Part shown: in pieces, positions 34,754-43,566 of the stretch
How the letters are laid out: each line of letters opens with the position of its first letter
Numbering within the stretch: the stretch's first letter is position 1
DNA from: Candidatus Cybelea sp.
GTDB taxonomy: Bacteria > Acidobacteriota > Terriglobia > Acidiferrales > UBA7541
Direction of reading: 5' to 3'
DNA length: 64,000 nucleotides
Assembly (NCBI GenBank): GCA_035510055.1
Contig: DATKHV010000099.1
Coordinates: forward strand, 29,826 to 93,825
The notes under the pieces: generated by a model
What the model was told of the DNA's origin: nothing
Database searches by the model: none
The model's input: the letters and a program-made list of their open reading frames with translations, nothing else
Program-made: the position numbers and the translations under genes

Positions 34754-37700
34754 TCAGTAATAAGAATGCAACCAAGCCTGGATGCGCGAAAACAGGGAAG
34801 TGAGCGTCGAAGCAGAAGAGGAAACGGGCGTGGGGCGAGGTTTTTCAGCTCTCTCAACGGCCTCGTCAGTAACCGCGTAAAGCTGGCCGGTAGCCGAGTG
34901 GATGTACAAGCTGCGCATTTCATTGCGATTGAGCGGCCGAGCACCGCGGCGGCCGAACACGGCGAGCTGGTTGCCGGATTCATCGAGGGCGCGGTCTCGG
35001 TCGATGCCTTTCGAGATCGCCAGCGCCGGGCCGTGGGTGTGCGCCGTGGCAATCAGTTTTGGCGTGGGGCGCGGGCTGAATCCGGAAAAGTGCGCGGCGT
35101 CATCCCACGGCGAAACGATCTGCCAAATGCGCAGGCCATACACTCCGTCGGCTACAAACGCGAAAGCACTCCCCGCCACCATTCCGATTTTCACGTCGTA
35201 TGCGTCGTTCAACTGTCCGTTCCCGCCAAACATCTGGTCGTAAAGCGGCTTCTCTGGATTTTCAACGTCCACGACGGACACTCCAAATCTTCCGTTCGCG
35301 ACGTAGGCGTAGGTCCGCGCTACGTAAACATTTCTTGCATCTCCGAGCGAAACTCGTCCCGTCTCTGTCATCTTTGGATGCGCCAGATCCGTTACCTCCA
35401 GCGTCTTCAACCCGTAGCGGTCCACCACAAACGCATACCGGAACTGCACCGAAATCCCGCGCGGATCATCCAGGTCGGGGGCGCCGATGGTCGCGGTAAC
35501 TTTGGGCGCTAGGGGCTTATCGAGGTCGACGACGACGAGCGCTTTGTCGGTAAGGATGTAAGCAAATGTTCCGGCGATGGCGATACGGCGCGCGCCCGTG
35601 AGTGCTCCGCCTGGATTGAACACCAGGGCGCGCTTCAGGAAATTGTTGGCCGGATTGCCGTCCAAAAGCGTGCCTACGCCAGGACTTTTCGATTTCAGAT
35701 TGGGATCGCCAATGATGACCAGGCCTTCTTCTTTGTCGGCAACGTAAAGGAAGCCGTAGAGAAGATGAATGGGCTGCTCCTCGTTTTCCGGTAATTGCTG
35801 CCGCAAAGGATCGATCCCCAGGGTCGTTGGTGAGGCAACTGCCAGCGCATTTTTGGTGGGAACGTAGAAGCGTTGGCCGATGGGCGAGACCGGCGCGGTC
35901 GTGATTTTCTCAGAGAAGCTTTTGTTGTCGATGTTGGCGATGTCATAAACGCGCAGTCCGCCGCGCCCGAGAGCCGCGTAGGCGTATTCCCCGCGGGCTT
36001 GGATGTCGAGGACGTTGCCGGAATGTTCCGCGGCGGCGCTGAGTTCGCGGCCGTGCTGTAAGAATCTTTTGTAATTGTCGGGATACGCGATGCGCTGAAG
36101 GTCGCTGCCATAAATGGCTTCCGGCTCGTCGTGCTCGGCAACAGCGACAGCTTCCAATCCTTGCTTGCCGGTCGCGACGAAAACATATCGTCCTATGAAA
36201 TTCATGAAGTTGGTGCCTAGCAGCAAGAGCTGGGCCATCCATGCATTGTTGTCATTGTTTGCGGAAACGTGGCAATCGCTACATTGTTTGGTTTCTTTGG
36301 CGCGCACCGTATGTGGCACAAACGTCGAGAACGCCTGTCCGGACAAACCAGGAGCCGAAATCGTCTGCTGCGTGTAGTAGAGCCAATCACGATTAGCGTT
36401 TTGCGAACTCACCAGCACGGCGCACGAAGAGCGCGCGGGTGCGATGCGATGGCCGGTGACCGTGCCATCCACTCCCAGCATGTAGATGTCGTCCCGCAGA
36501 ACCTGAAAGTTGTAGCTGGTGTAATTTTTCGTGAGCAAGCCTTCGTTGTGCAGCATGGGCTTGCGCGCGTTGGCGGTCATTTGCAGATGGCAGCCGAAGC
36601 AGGTAGGCGTCCACGAAGTGTGGCAGGAGTAGCAAGTCATGCTGTTATTGGCGTGTGCCAAAGGAGCGTCGTCGCTCGGCATTTGCCAAGACACACTGCC
36701 ATCCTTGTTCATCAATTTCGCCCGCCGAGATTTCTCGTTGAAATGCAGGTTGCCGGGCGTGATGCTGTCGATGGTCTGAACGATTTCCCACTCTTTGTTT
36801 TCTTCCGACATGGAACGCTGAAAAATCTTGTTGTCCCGCCACTCGAACCGCCGCAATCCCCACGGTGTGCGTAGCGCGTCCAGGTGCCGGCCGCCTTCCG
36901 GTGCTGTCGGGCCGGACGTTACTAAAGCGGCTTTTTTGCGAATCGTGCCGTGGCAATCGATGCAGTCGATTTCGACTGCCGCGCGTGGTTCGCCGTAAAT
37001 TTTCCCATCGCCGTGATTGTCCTGCGCGAAGTGGCAATCGTTGCACTGCATTCCTTTTTCTAGATGAATGTCCGCCAGGTGTACGGCTTTGCCGAAGCGC
37101 TCCGGATCATCGAAGGCGATCTGCTTTCCATCCTTATCCAGCCAATTCCCTTTGCGGTCGTGATTGAACACGGCGCGGAAAATCCAGCCGTGCCCGTGAA
37201 AATCGGCGAACTGCGTAGTCTTCAACTGCTTGTTGAATTCAGGGCTGCCCACACTTTCCAGGAATTTCTCGTCGCTCCAGAGGCCGCGAACGGCCGCTCC
37301 CTCCGGATTGCGTTCGAAAGATTGATAGCGCTGCTCTTCAGTCGGATTGCGCTGCTCCTTCGGATACATCATGTCGCCATCGATTTCGTTGTCCCACCAG
37401 GTGAGACCGAAATACGTCGTAACCATGTTTGTGCCCGGATGAATGTGGCAGATCATGCACTGGCTCGAAGGAATGGAGCGCGTCAAAATGTGCTTGATGG
37501 GATGGCCGGACTCGTTCTTGCGAATCGTCGGATCGCAAGAAGCACTGAAACCGGAGTGGCCAAAGCGCGCGTACGCCCCCGAATGCGCGGGATCGCGATC
37601 ATTTGCGTAAATAACATGGCACGCGGTGCATCCGCTGCCGCGATAGTCGCCGGGATGATCGTTCGTGCCGGGAAGCGACAGGACGGGGTCGAGCAAGCGT

Positions 37701-38596
37701 GTTTTTTGCAGGCCGAGAAAAACGGGATCGGTGCGCAGTCCGGTGCCGAAGCCGCGTTCGCTCAGCTTGTCATCCGGCTTCCCCGGCTCCTCCTCGCCAT
37801 TGGGATTGCCGATTTCCCCTTTCTTGGTGCCGCCGCGTTCAAAAACGCGCAAGACATTGCCGGGTTGCGAACTTTCCCAGCGAAAGAGCGGATCGAGTTC
37901 GGGAACTGCGCCCTTAGCGCGGGTTTCCTCCGTCGTGGGGGGAGGAAAAGTCTTGATCGATTGCGGCAAGCCGTCGCGGCTGTAGCTTTCGCCGAAGCGC
38001 GTATTTTTCGCCGGATAGCCGCCGTTGTTGTAGAGCGCAGCGCCCCACAGCATTCCCGCGTGGGTCATCATGCTGGTCGAAACGGCGCGTGTTTCGGAAG
38101 CGTGGCATCCGTCGACACCGCAAGTTTCTGTAGCGATGCGCAGGTCTCCGGGATTGACGAATTTTATGTACTCGGCGGATTCCTTCAGCCACTTCGTATA
38201 AGTACGTTCCGGAATTGCCGAGCGATTCTTAAACGAACGATCGCGCGGCTGAACGTGGGCTTTTTCCTTCGCGGAACTGTATTGCGGAGAATTCGGCGCC
38301 GCTCCGGAGGCCACCGAAACTGCGGAGTTGCCACCATGGCAATCCGTGCAGCCCAGAGGAACGGTTTTCGTGGCATGCATGGTGGGCTCGTCAGTGGAAG
38401 TGTGGCAAGAGATGCAGCCCGAGGATTTGCGGTCTGCTTCTTCTTGCGATTGCCCGCGGAAGGGCGCTGACTCTTGTGTCGCGCGCGCTGGCGGTTCCGA
38501 ACTTGCATGCAGAGCAAAGAAAAAAGATAGCGCCGTGACCAAGAGAGCGCAGAGCGTTCCGAGAGAAGAAGAAACCGATTGGTGTTTCCTGTTCAT
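34754..38596 (-). CDS. Giant secreted multiheme cytochrome c (9 CxxCH + 1 CxxxxCH) fused to C-terminal LVIVD-repeat beta-propeller region
   Basis: The ATG at 38596 (MNRKHQSVSSSLGTLCALLVTALSFFFALHASS) is preferred over the track start at 38710. Heme motifs are CISCH, CTDCH, CGVDGCH, CTACH, CMICH, CNDCH, CIDCH, CYSCH, CFGCH and CSDCH. The C-terminal 450 aa carry LVIVD-like repeats (GLRVYDIANI, GLVIIGDPN, ALVVVDLDKP, LKTLEVTDLAHP, GVSVVDVENPEKP, GLRIWQIVSP). Confidence 0.85.
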   Translation of the reverse strand: MNRKHQSVSSSLGTLCALLVTALSFFFALHASSEPPARATQESAPFRGQSQEEADRKSSGCISCHTSTDEPTMHATKTVPLGCTDCHGGNSAVSVASGAAPNSPQYSSAKEKAHVQPRDRSFKNRSAIPERTYTKWLKESAEYIKFVNPGDLRIATETCGVDGCHASETRAVSTSMMTHAGMLWGAALYNNGGYPAKNTRFGESYSRDGLPQSIKTFPPPTTEETRAKGAVPELDPLFRWESSQPGNVLRVFERGGTKKGEIGNPNGEEEPGKPDDKLSERGFGTGLRTDPVFLGLQKTRLLDPVLSLPGTNDHPGDYRGSGCTACHVIYANDRDPAHSGAYARFGHSGFSASCDPTIRKNESGHPIKHILTRSIPSSQCMICHIHPGTNMVTTYFGLTWWDNEIDGDMMYPKEQRNPTEEQRYQSFERNPEGAAVRGLWSDEKFLESVGSPEFNKQLKTTQFADFHGHGWIFRAVFNHDRKGNWLDKDGKQIAFDDPERFGKAVHLADIHLEKGMQCNDCHFAQDNHGDGKIYGEPRAAVEIDCIDCHGTIRKKAALVTSGPTAPEGGRHLDALRTPWGLRRFEWRDNKIFQRSMSEENKEWEIVQTIDSITPGNLHFNEKSRRAKLMNKDGSVSWQMPSDDAPLAHANNSMTCYSCHTSWTPTCFGCHLQMTANARKPMLHNEGLLTKNYTSYNFQVLRDDIYMLGVDGTVTGHRIAPARSSCAVLVSSQNANRDWLYYTQQTISAPGLSGQAFSTFVPHTVRAKETKQCSDCHVSANNDNNAWMAQLLLLGTNFMNFIGRYVFVATGKQGLEAVAVAEHDEPEAIYGSDLQRIAYPDNYKRFLQHGRELSAAAEHSGNVLDIQARGEYAYAALGRGGLRVYDIANIDNKSFSEKITTAPVSPIGQRFYVPTKNALAVASPTTLGIDPLRQQLPENEEQPIHLLYGFLYVADKEEGLVIIGDPNLKSKSPGVGTLLDGNPANNFLKRALVFNPGGALTGARRIAIAGTFAYILTDKALVVVDLDKPLAPKVTATIGAPDLDDPRGISVQFRYAFVVDRYGLKTLEVTDLAHPKMTETGRVSLGDARNVYVARTYAYVANGRFGVSVVDVENPEKPLYDQMFGGNGQLNDAYDVKIGMVAGSAFAFVADGVYGLRIWQIVSPWDDAAHFSGFSPRPTPKLIATAHTHGPALAISKGIDRDRALDESGNQLAVFGRRGARPLNRNEMRSLYIHSATGQLYAVTDEAVERAEKPRPTPVSSSASTLTSLFSRIQAWLHSYY

Positions 38597-38925
38597 GGCG
38601 AATAGACCGCGTTGGCAAGTTTTAGGACCGAAAATCCCACCAACTCCGCGGCTTCCGACAATCGGCGGTCGCCGCAGATGAAGGTTCTCCTTGACGGACG
38701 TTGTTCGCACCAGATCAAGGACGCTGCGAGTTCGAAGCTATCAGTCGCCCGCAAGGAATATTTATCCACAGATGGCGCCGCCAATTCACGAATCTGTTCG
38801 CCGGGAAGAATTTCTCTCCAGCCCAGGCTTAGTAATCGCAGACGAGCCACAGCGCCTTTCTTCTCGAGGTCGCTAATCTCATTCTTGCGGTGCAGGCGGC
38901 AAATCGCGCTATGAACTTCTATCAA
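38593..38925 (-). pseudogene. N-terminally truncated PIN-domain (VapC-like) ORF
   Basis: 110-aa ORF with a TTG start. An in-frame TAG lies 4 codons upstream. The sequence matches the middle and C-terminal parts of VapC-type PIN domains (EVHSAI...LRATDSFELAASLIW...FICGDRRLSEAAELVGFSV). The first roughly 35 aa, including the N-terminal acidic residue, are missing, and no antitoxin ORF is adjacent. Confidence 0.45.
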
Positions 38926-38975
38926 GCTTCCCCACTAAACTACCGGAGCGAAAGTCTATCCTGGTATCTCCAAGT

Positions 38976-41219
38976 TCAGAAAGTAAACTTCACCGATCCG
39001 AAAAACGAGAAGAGCGTGCGGCTGGTGTAGATGTCTTTGAAACCCTGGCCAGGTTGCAGCGCTGAAGTGCCGCCGCTGAGGACGATGTTTTCGGTCAAGG
39101 GCGGGCGGTACTCCACACCGATGCCGAAGTCTTCGCCAATGGTGTGATGAATGGGCGATTGGAAAAGCAGAAATTCCAGCGGTTCGGTGCGCTCGAAGCG
39201 CAGAAAGTTGAAATTGACAAATCCCCGCAACTTGGGAGTGATCTCCAGGTCGGCCCCCGCATTCGCGAGAAAAATTCCAGGATTTACGAAATTAGCCTGG
39301 CCTTCTTCTTTGCTCGCGCGAAGCGAAGGAATCAAGCTGCCCGGCGTGGTGAGCAGAATGCCTGAGCCGAGCAGGCGAAGGCCTTCGCGATTCCAGAAAC
39401 TGAACAAGCCGCCGGCAAAATTCGGAAGGTCATCGATGGAATCAAATCCGCGTGCGCGCCCGTCGCGGGGATGGGGGTCGCCCGAAGTGTAGAAAGCCGA
39501 AATACGATAGCGGATCCAATCTTTGTCGTACGAAATTTCAGCGGCAGCCATCTGCGCGTTGATTGTGACGCGGCGGCCGGCGATGGGATTGAAGGTGTCC
39601 TCACCAATGGCTTGGTAGAAAGCGTGCGTAAGATTGATTTTGCGGATGTGTCCGCTGCCGAGCCAGCCGAAATAGCCGGCACGAATGCCATGAAGGATCG
39701 CGCCGCCGTTGGGGTTCTGGTTGATGACATTTCCAATCGGCGAAGGTCGCACCAGAAAGCCGTTGTCATCGTAATGGAGGCTGGGTTCGTCTTTGTTCCA
39801 CGCGGCGGCGAATTCCGCCGTGTAGCCTGGAAAAAAGAAGTCCTGGAGATAAACGTTGCCGAGAAGAACCTGCTGGTGGCGGCGGACAAAGGTGTTGAGT
39901 CCGCTGTTGGTATTTTTTTCGAGCAAATGGAAATAGGCAAGATTGTATTCGATGCGATCGCTGTGGAGGTTGCCGAAAATGCGCAGGGCGGGTTGTTCAT
40001 CCACAAAAAGAAACCCGCGAAAGTCGGCATTGAATTGCTGAATGCCGGCGCGCGCGGAAACGAAATCATAATTGGGGCCGAGGTCGTGGAGCTTCACTTC
40101 CACGAAGGCTTCCTGTAAGCCCACATGATCGTCGAAACGGTTGGTGCCGCTGCGCGGATCGGGGCCGACGATGCCCAGTTCGCGAACATGCAAATCGTTC
40201 AAGCTCAGCTCCGGAGTAATTCGGATGCGCCAATCGACGGGCTTGAAAGCTGCGTCGCCATGAAATAAGTCAAAAGCAAAGCGCTCTGTTTGATCGACGA
40301 AAGCTTGTTCGCCTTTGCCAAAAAAATCCGAACTGCCTGGGCGCGCACTGCTCGCATTGCTTGGTGCCGGAACGCGTCGGCCGTCGAAAAAAGTTTCAGA
40401 AGAAGCAGTGACGTTCAGAAAAACCTGCTGCCCGAGCAGTCCCGGCCAAATAGGTTCGTCTCCTTTCAAGCGATTGTGATGGAACGGATCGTACCAATGG
40501 GACTTTGCATAAACGTACTCGCCCTTTTGCGGATAGCGGCGGTAGTCAGGTTGTTCGAGCTCCCAGCGGTTGGGAACGGTATTGTAAACATCGGCGACTG
40601 GCGGAAGCGTGTCTGAGGAAATATTTTCGATGTAATGCGGGTCGGAATCGAGTCGATGGCGAAATTCCCGATAAGTCCCCGAAGAAGGTTGCGCTTCGCC
40701 AGAAGGAGCGGGGCCAAGTTCTGGCAAGCGCGGCAAGCGTGAGCGCTCTTCCATAGCTGCGAAATTCAGAAGAAAAATCTCCAGCGTTACAACTTCGTTT
40801 TGCTCCAGGACCAGATCCGTAAGAACAAACGGGCCGTAATCCTTGGCGGCGACGCGAAGCTGGTAACGGCCAGGCAGCAACGGAAAAACTCGGAAGACTC
40901 CTTCATCAGAAGTCGTCGCACGGAAGACTTGCCCGGATTGCAAGTGTTGCAGCGTAAGCAGGGCCGCTGCAACCGGGCGCGTTTCTCCGGGCACGCTTCG
41001 GTCGTGCACCACGCCATCAAGCGCTGCGCTGGTCTGGGCTTGCTGACGCGGAATGCGCTGTGGGGGGCCCTGCTCGGCGGATTTCTTTGTGGAGTCTTGC
41101 GTGTTGGGCGGCGGTTGATCTTGCGGGTTGGCACCGGTGGTCGCAGCGGCGGAAAGAGCCGAAATACAGCAAACCGCGCCGAACGCGCGACGATATTCCC
41201 GCGGAGAACAAAAGATCAT
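38976..41219 (-). CDS. Outer-membrane beta-barrel protein with N-terminal CarboxypepD_reg-like domain
   Basis: 747-aa ORF. It has a signal-like N-terminus, a low-complexity Q/P linker and a carboxypeptidase-regulatory-like fold region (RATTSDEGVFRVFPLLPGRYQLRVAAKDYGP). A long region of alternating beta-strand-like sequence ends in the OMP-type terminus FGSVKFTF. No TonB-box or plug recognised. Confidence 0.7.
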   Translation of the reverse strand: MIFCSPREYRRAFGAVCCISALSAAATTGANPQDQPPPNTQDSTKKSAEQGPPQRIPRQQAQTSAALDGVVHDRSVPGETRPVAAALLTLQHLQSGQVFRATTSDEGVFRVFPLLPGRYQLRVAAKDYGPFVLTDLVLEQNEVVTLEIFLLNFAAMEERSRLPRLPELGPAPSGEAQPSSGTYREFRHRLDSDPHYIENISSDTLPPVADVYNTVPNRWELEQPDYRRYPQKGEYVYAKSHWYDPFHHNRLKGDEPIWPGLLGQQVFLNVTASSETFFDGRRVPAPSNASSARPGSSDFFGKGEQAFVDQTERFAFDLFHGDAAFKPVDWRIRITPELSLNDLHVRELGIVGPDPRSGTNRFDDHVGLQEAFVEVKLHDLGPNYDFVSARAGIQQFNADFRGFLFVDEQPALRIFGNLHSDRIEYNLAYFHLLEKNTNSGLNTFVRRHQQVLLGNVYLQDFFFPGYTAEFAAAWNKDEPSLHYDDNGFLVRPSPIGNVINQNPNGGAILHGIRAGYFGWLGSGHIRKINLTHAFYQAIGEDTFNPIAGRRVTINAQMAAAEISYDKDWIRYRISAFYTSGDPHPRDGRARGFDSIDDLPNFAGGLFSFWNREGLRLLGSGILLTTPGSLIPSLRASKEEGQANFVNPGIFLANAGADLEITPKLRGFVNFNFLRFERTEPLEFLLFQSPIHHTIGEDFGIGVEYRPPLTENIVLSGGTSALQPGQGFKDIYTSRTLFSFFGSVKFTF

Positions 41220-41428
41220 GCCTTCGGCCTGAACGGAGCAGAGAAAGAAAAAGGAATCGCGTACTAGCTAACAATATCGACGAGCAGCAGGCAACACTTT
41301 TCCCGGAGCAATGGAGACATTCGATAACGCCGCGAAGCACCGCGGCCGTTCACCAGTTCGCTGCTAGTCTCCGGCAAATGCGTTGAGGGACCGTAAACGA
41401 GTGTGCTACCAACGAGAGTACTCGAACA

Positions 41429-43057
41429 ATGGAAACGACTCTCACACTGCGTAGGCCAATGGAATCCCGGCGCGCCGAGCGGCACCAAAAAAAAACACTG
41501 GCGCTTGGCGTTTTCCTTGCTTTGGGAATCGCGTTAGCGCTCGTGATGATCATTGCCGGTTGTGGAGGCGGAAGTAGCGCACCCGTTGTAGCACCGCCAG
41601 CTGCGGCCGTCGAAGCATTGCAAGCCGCCGATGTAGAGAACATCGTGCAAGCAGCGGTAAATTCCGTGAATGTGGATATGGCAGTTGCTATCGTCGACCG
41701 CGCTGGATTTGTGCTGGGCGTATTTCGAACTCAAAACGCGCCGGCCACAGCCACTGGAAATTTTGGACAAATCCAAGATGCAAACGAAGTCGCTGTGGCG
41801 CTGGCGCGAACAGGTGCCTTCTTCAGTAACGATCAAGCGCCGCTGTCATCGCGAACCGTGCGCTTCATCAGCGGAATCCATTTTCCGCCTGGCGTGATGA
41901 ACCAACCGCCAGCGGATTTGTATGGGATCGAGAACACCAATCGTGGTTGCACGCTGATCAATGACGCTGCATTTCAGAGCAAGATTCCACCTTCGCTGGC
42001 CTTGAGCGGAGGATTTGGACTCGGAGTGCTTACCGGCAAAGCCGACGTGAATGACTCGAACGCGGCGGCGGTGAATCCCGGCGGCGTGCCGATTTTTTAC
42101 AAGAACATCGTGCTTGGCGGAATCGGCGTGGTGACGGCCTCGAGTAATTTGAATGTTGCGGAGTACGCGGCGTTCGCCGGCGCGACGACGGCGCGCAGCG
42201 GCGCCAACGACACGTTTGGGCCAACGCCCGCGGCTCCGGGAGTGGTTTTTATCGGAGGCCTTGCGCTGCCGTTCGTAAGCCAGACGTCGCGGCCCGCGGG
42301 TTTTTCCGCGGGACCCGTCGCGGGCGTGGGTAGCTATTTTGTGGCGGCGACAAACAGCCAAGGGCAACCGCCCGAGGGCGATTTGATTCCGCCAGCGCCT
42401 GGACCGCTTGGCGGTTTGAGCGCCGCCGATGTGAAGCAAGTTTTGGATAACGCCGAAGCAATGGCGAACACCACGCGAGCCGCGATTCGATTGCCCCCTG
42501 GATCCAAAGCTCGCATGGTGATGGCGGTGGCCGACCTGGACGGAACCATCATCGGCTTGCGACGAATGCAGGATTCCACCGTTTTCAGCATTGACGTCGC
42601 CGTGTCCAAGGCGCGCAATATGGTGTACTTCAACAGCGCCGCTCGAACGGCGACGGATTTGAACGGCGTGCCCATGGGAACGGCAGTAACAAACCGCACC
42701 ATTAGTTTTGGCGCACAGCCTCTTTATCCTCCGGGAATTGATGGTTCGAGTGCTGGGCCATTTTTTAATCTCTATACCATGGACCTGGCAAATCCTTGCA
42801 CGCAAGGATTTCAGGGCGGCGCGGCGAACGCGAACAAGAGCGGAATTGTTTTCTTCCCGGGAAGCGCGGGCTTATTCAGAAACGGCGCTCTGGTAGCCGG
42901 GCTGGGTGTGAGCGGTGATGGAGTGGACGAGGACGACTACGTAACCAATGGCGGCACCGCCGGGTTCGAGGCGCCTACGAACATTCGGGCCGACCAAATC
43001 ATGGACCAAGGCGTACGGTTGCCCTATTTCAAGTTTCCGAGAAATCCCACCAACTAG
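41429..43057 (+). CDS. Lipoprotein with two GlcG/HbpS-like (DUF336) domains
   Basis: 542-aa ORF, with an alternative ATG at 41459. Lipobox is VMIIAGCGG. Two DUF336-like blocks are present: ADVENIVQAAVNSVNVDMAVAIVDRAGFVLGVFRT, and AADVKQVLDNAEAMAN...RMVMAVADLDGTIIGLRRMQDSTVFSIDVAVSKARNMVYF. Confidence 0.65.
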   Translation: METTLTLRRPMESRRAERHQKKTLALGVFLALGIALALVMIIAGCGGGSSAPVVAPPAAAVEALQAADVENIVQAAVNSVNVDMAVAIVDRAGFVLGVFRTQNAPATATGNFGQIQDANEVAVALARTGAFFSNDQAPLSSRTVRFISGIHFPPGVMNQPPADLYGIENTNRGCTLINDAAFQSKIPPSLALSGGFGLGVLTGKADVNDSNAAAVNPGGVPIFYKNIVLGGIGVVTASSNLNVAEYAAFAGATTARSGANDTFGPTPAAPGVVFIGGLALPFVSQTSRPAGFSAGPVAGVGSYFVAATNSQGQPPEGDLIPPAPGPLGGLSAADVKQVLDNAEAMANTTRAAIRLPPGSKARMVMAVADLDGTIIGLRRMQDSTVFSIDVAVSKARNMVYFNSAARTATDLNGVPMGTAVTNRTISFGAQPLYPPGIDGSSAGPFFNLYTMDLANPCTQGFQGGAANANKSGIVFFPGSAGLFRNGALVAGLGVSGDGVDEDDYVTNGGTAGFEAPTNIRADQIMDQGVRLPYFKFPRNPTN

Positions 43058-43070
43058 TTTCCAAAGATCA

Positions 43071-43400
43071 TCATCGGCGCGGCGATTTCTTTCTGACGGC
43101 GATTTTCGTAAGCGCGCGAGCGTACTCTTCGATGGCTCCACGAACGGCCTGGCTGTAGACGAACTGGCCTTCACGGCGGCAGACCACCAATCCAGCCTCG
43201 TTCAGAATCTTCAAATGATGTGAAACGGTAGCCGGAGTTACACCTCGCATCGCAACGATTTCACCGCAATTCATTTGGCCTTTGGCGGAAATAGCCTCAA
43301 AGATTCTGAGGCGGGTCTGGTCGGCGAGAGCTTTCGATACTTTTTCAATCTGCGAGTGGTCCATCAGTCCTTTCGAAAGTGTAACGGACTTCGCTTGCAC
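43071..43400 (-). CDS. ArsR/SmtB-family transcriptional regulator
   Basis: 109-aa ORF with a winged HTH: ALADQTRLRIFEAISAKGQMNCGEIVAMRGVTPATVSHHLKILNEAGLV. Confidence 0.85.
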   Translation of the reverse strand: MQAKSVTLSKGLMDHSQIEKVSKALADQTRLRIFEAISAKGQMNCGEIVAMRGVTPATVSHHLKILNEAGLVVCRREGQFVYSQAVRGAIEEYARALTKIAVRKKSPRR

Positions 43401-43566
43401 TTTGCCACCAGAATGCGCGGCCGGAAAATACCGCCTCCACGGATATAACCAAGTAGTTCGATACTCATCTAAATGTCGTAATCAAGAAAGCGCTACGAGA
43501 GGCGGGGCGGACTCGCCGCCGAAGAGCCGCTTTCAGTCAAATTTGGCCAAAGAAACGGAGATCCAA

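Noticed and set aside
34744-35052. N-terminal extensions given by the ORF track for several secreted proteins (for example 33757..35052, 34754..38710, 16125..17585, 9048..10937, 8063..9100, 22487..24040)
   Set aside because: The extensions overlap the preceding gene and are Arg/Ser/Pro-rich. Each is followed by an internal Met or Val that starts a clear signal peptide, Tat motif or TM anchor with an RBS, so the shorter starts were used.
37064-38470. 468-aa + strand ORF antisense to the giant cytochrome gene
   Set aside because: It is a shadow ORF. The minus-strand frame carries regularly spaced CxxCH motifs.
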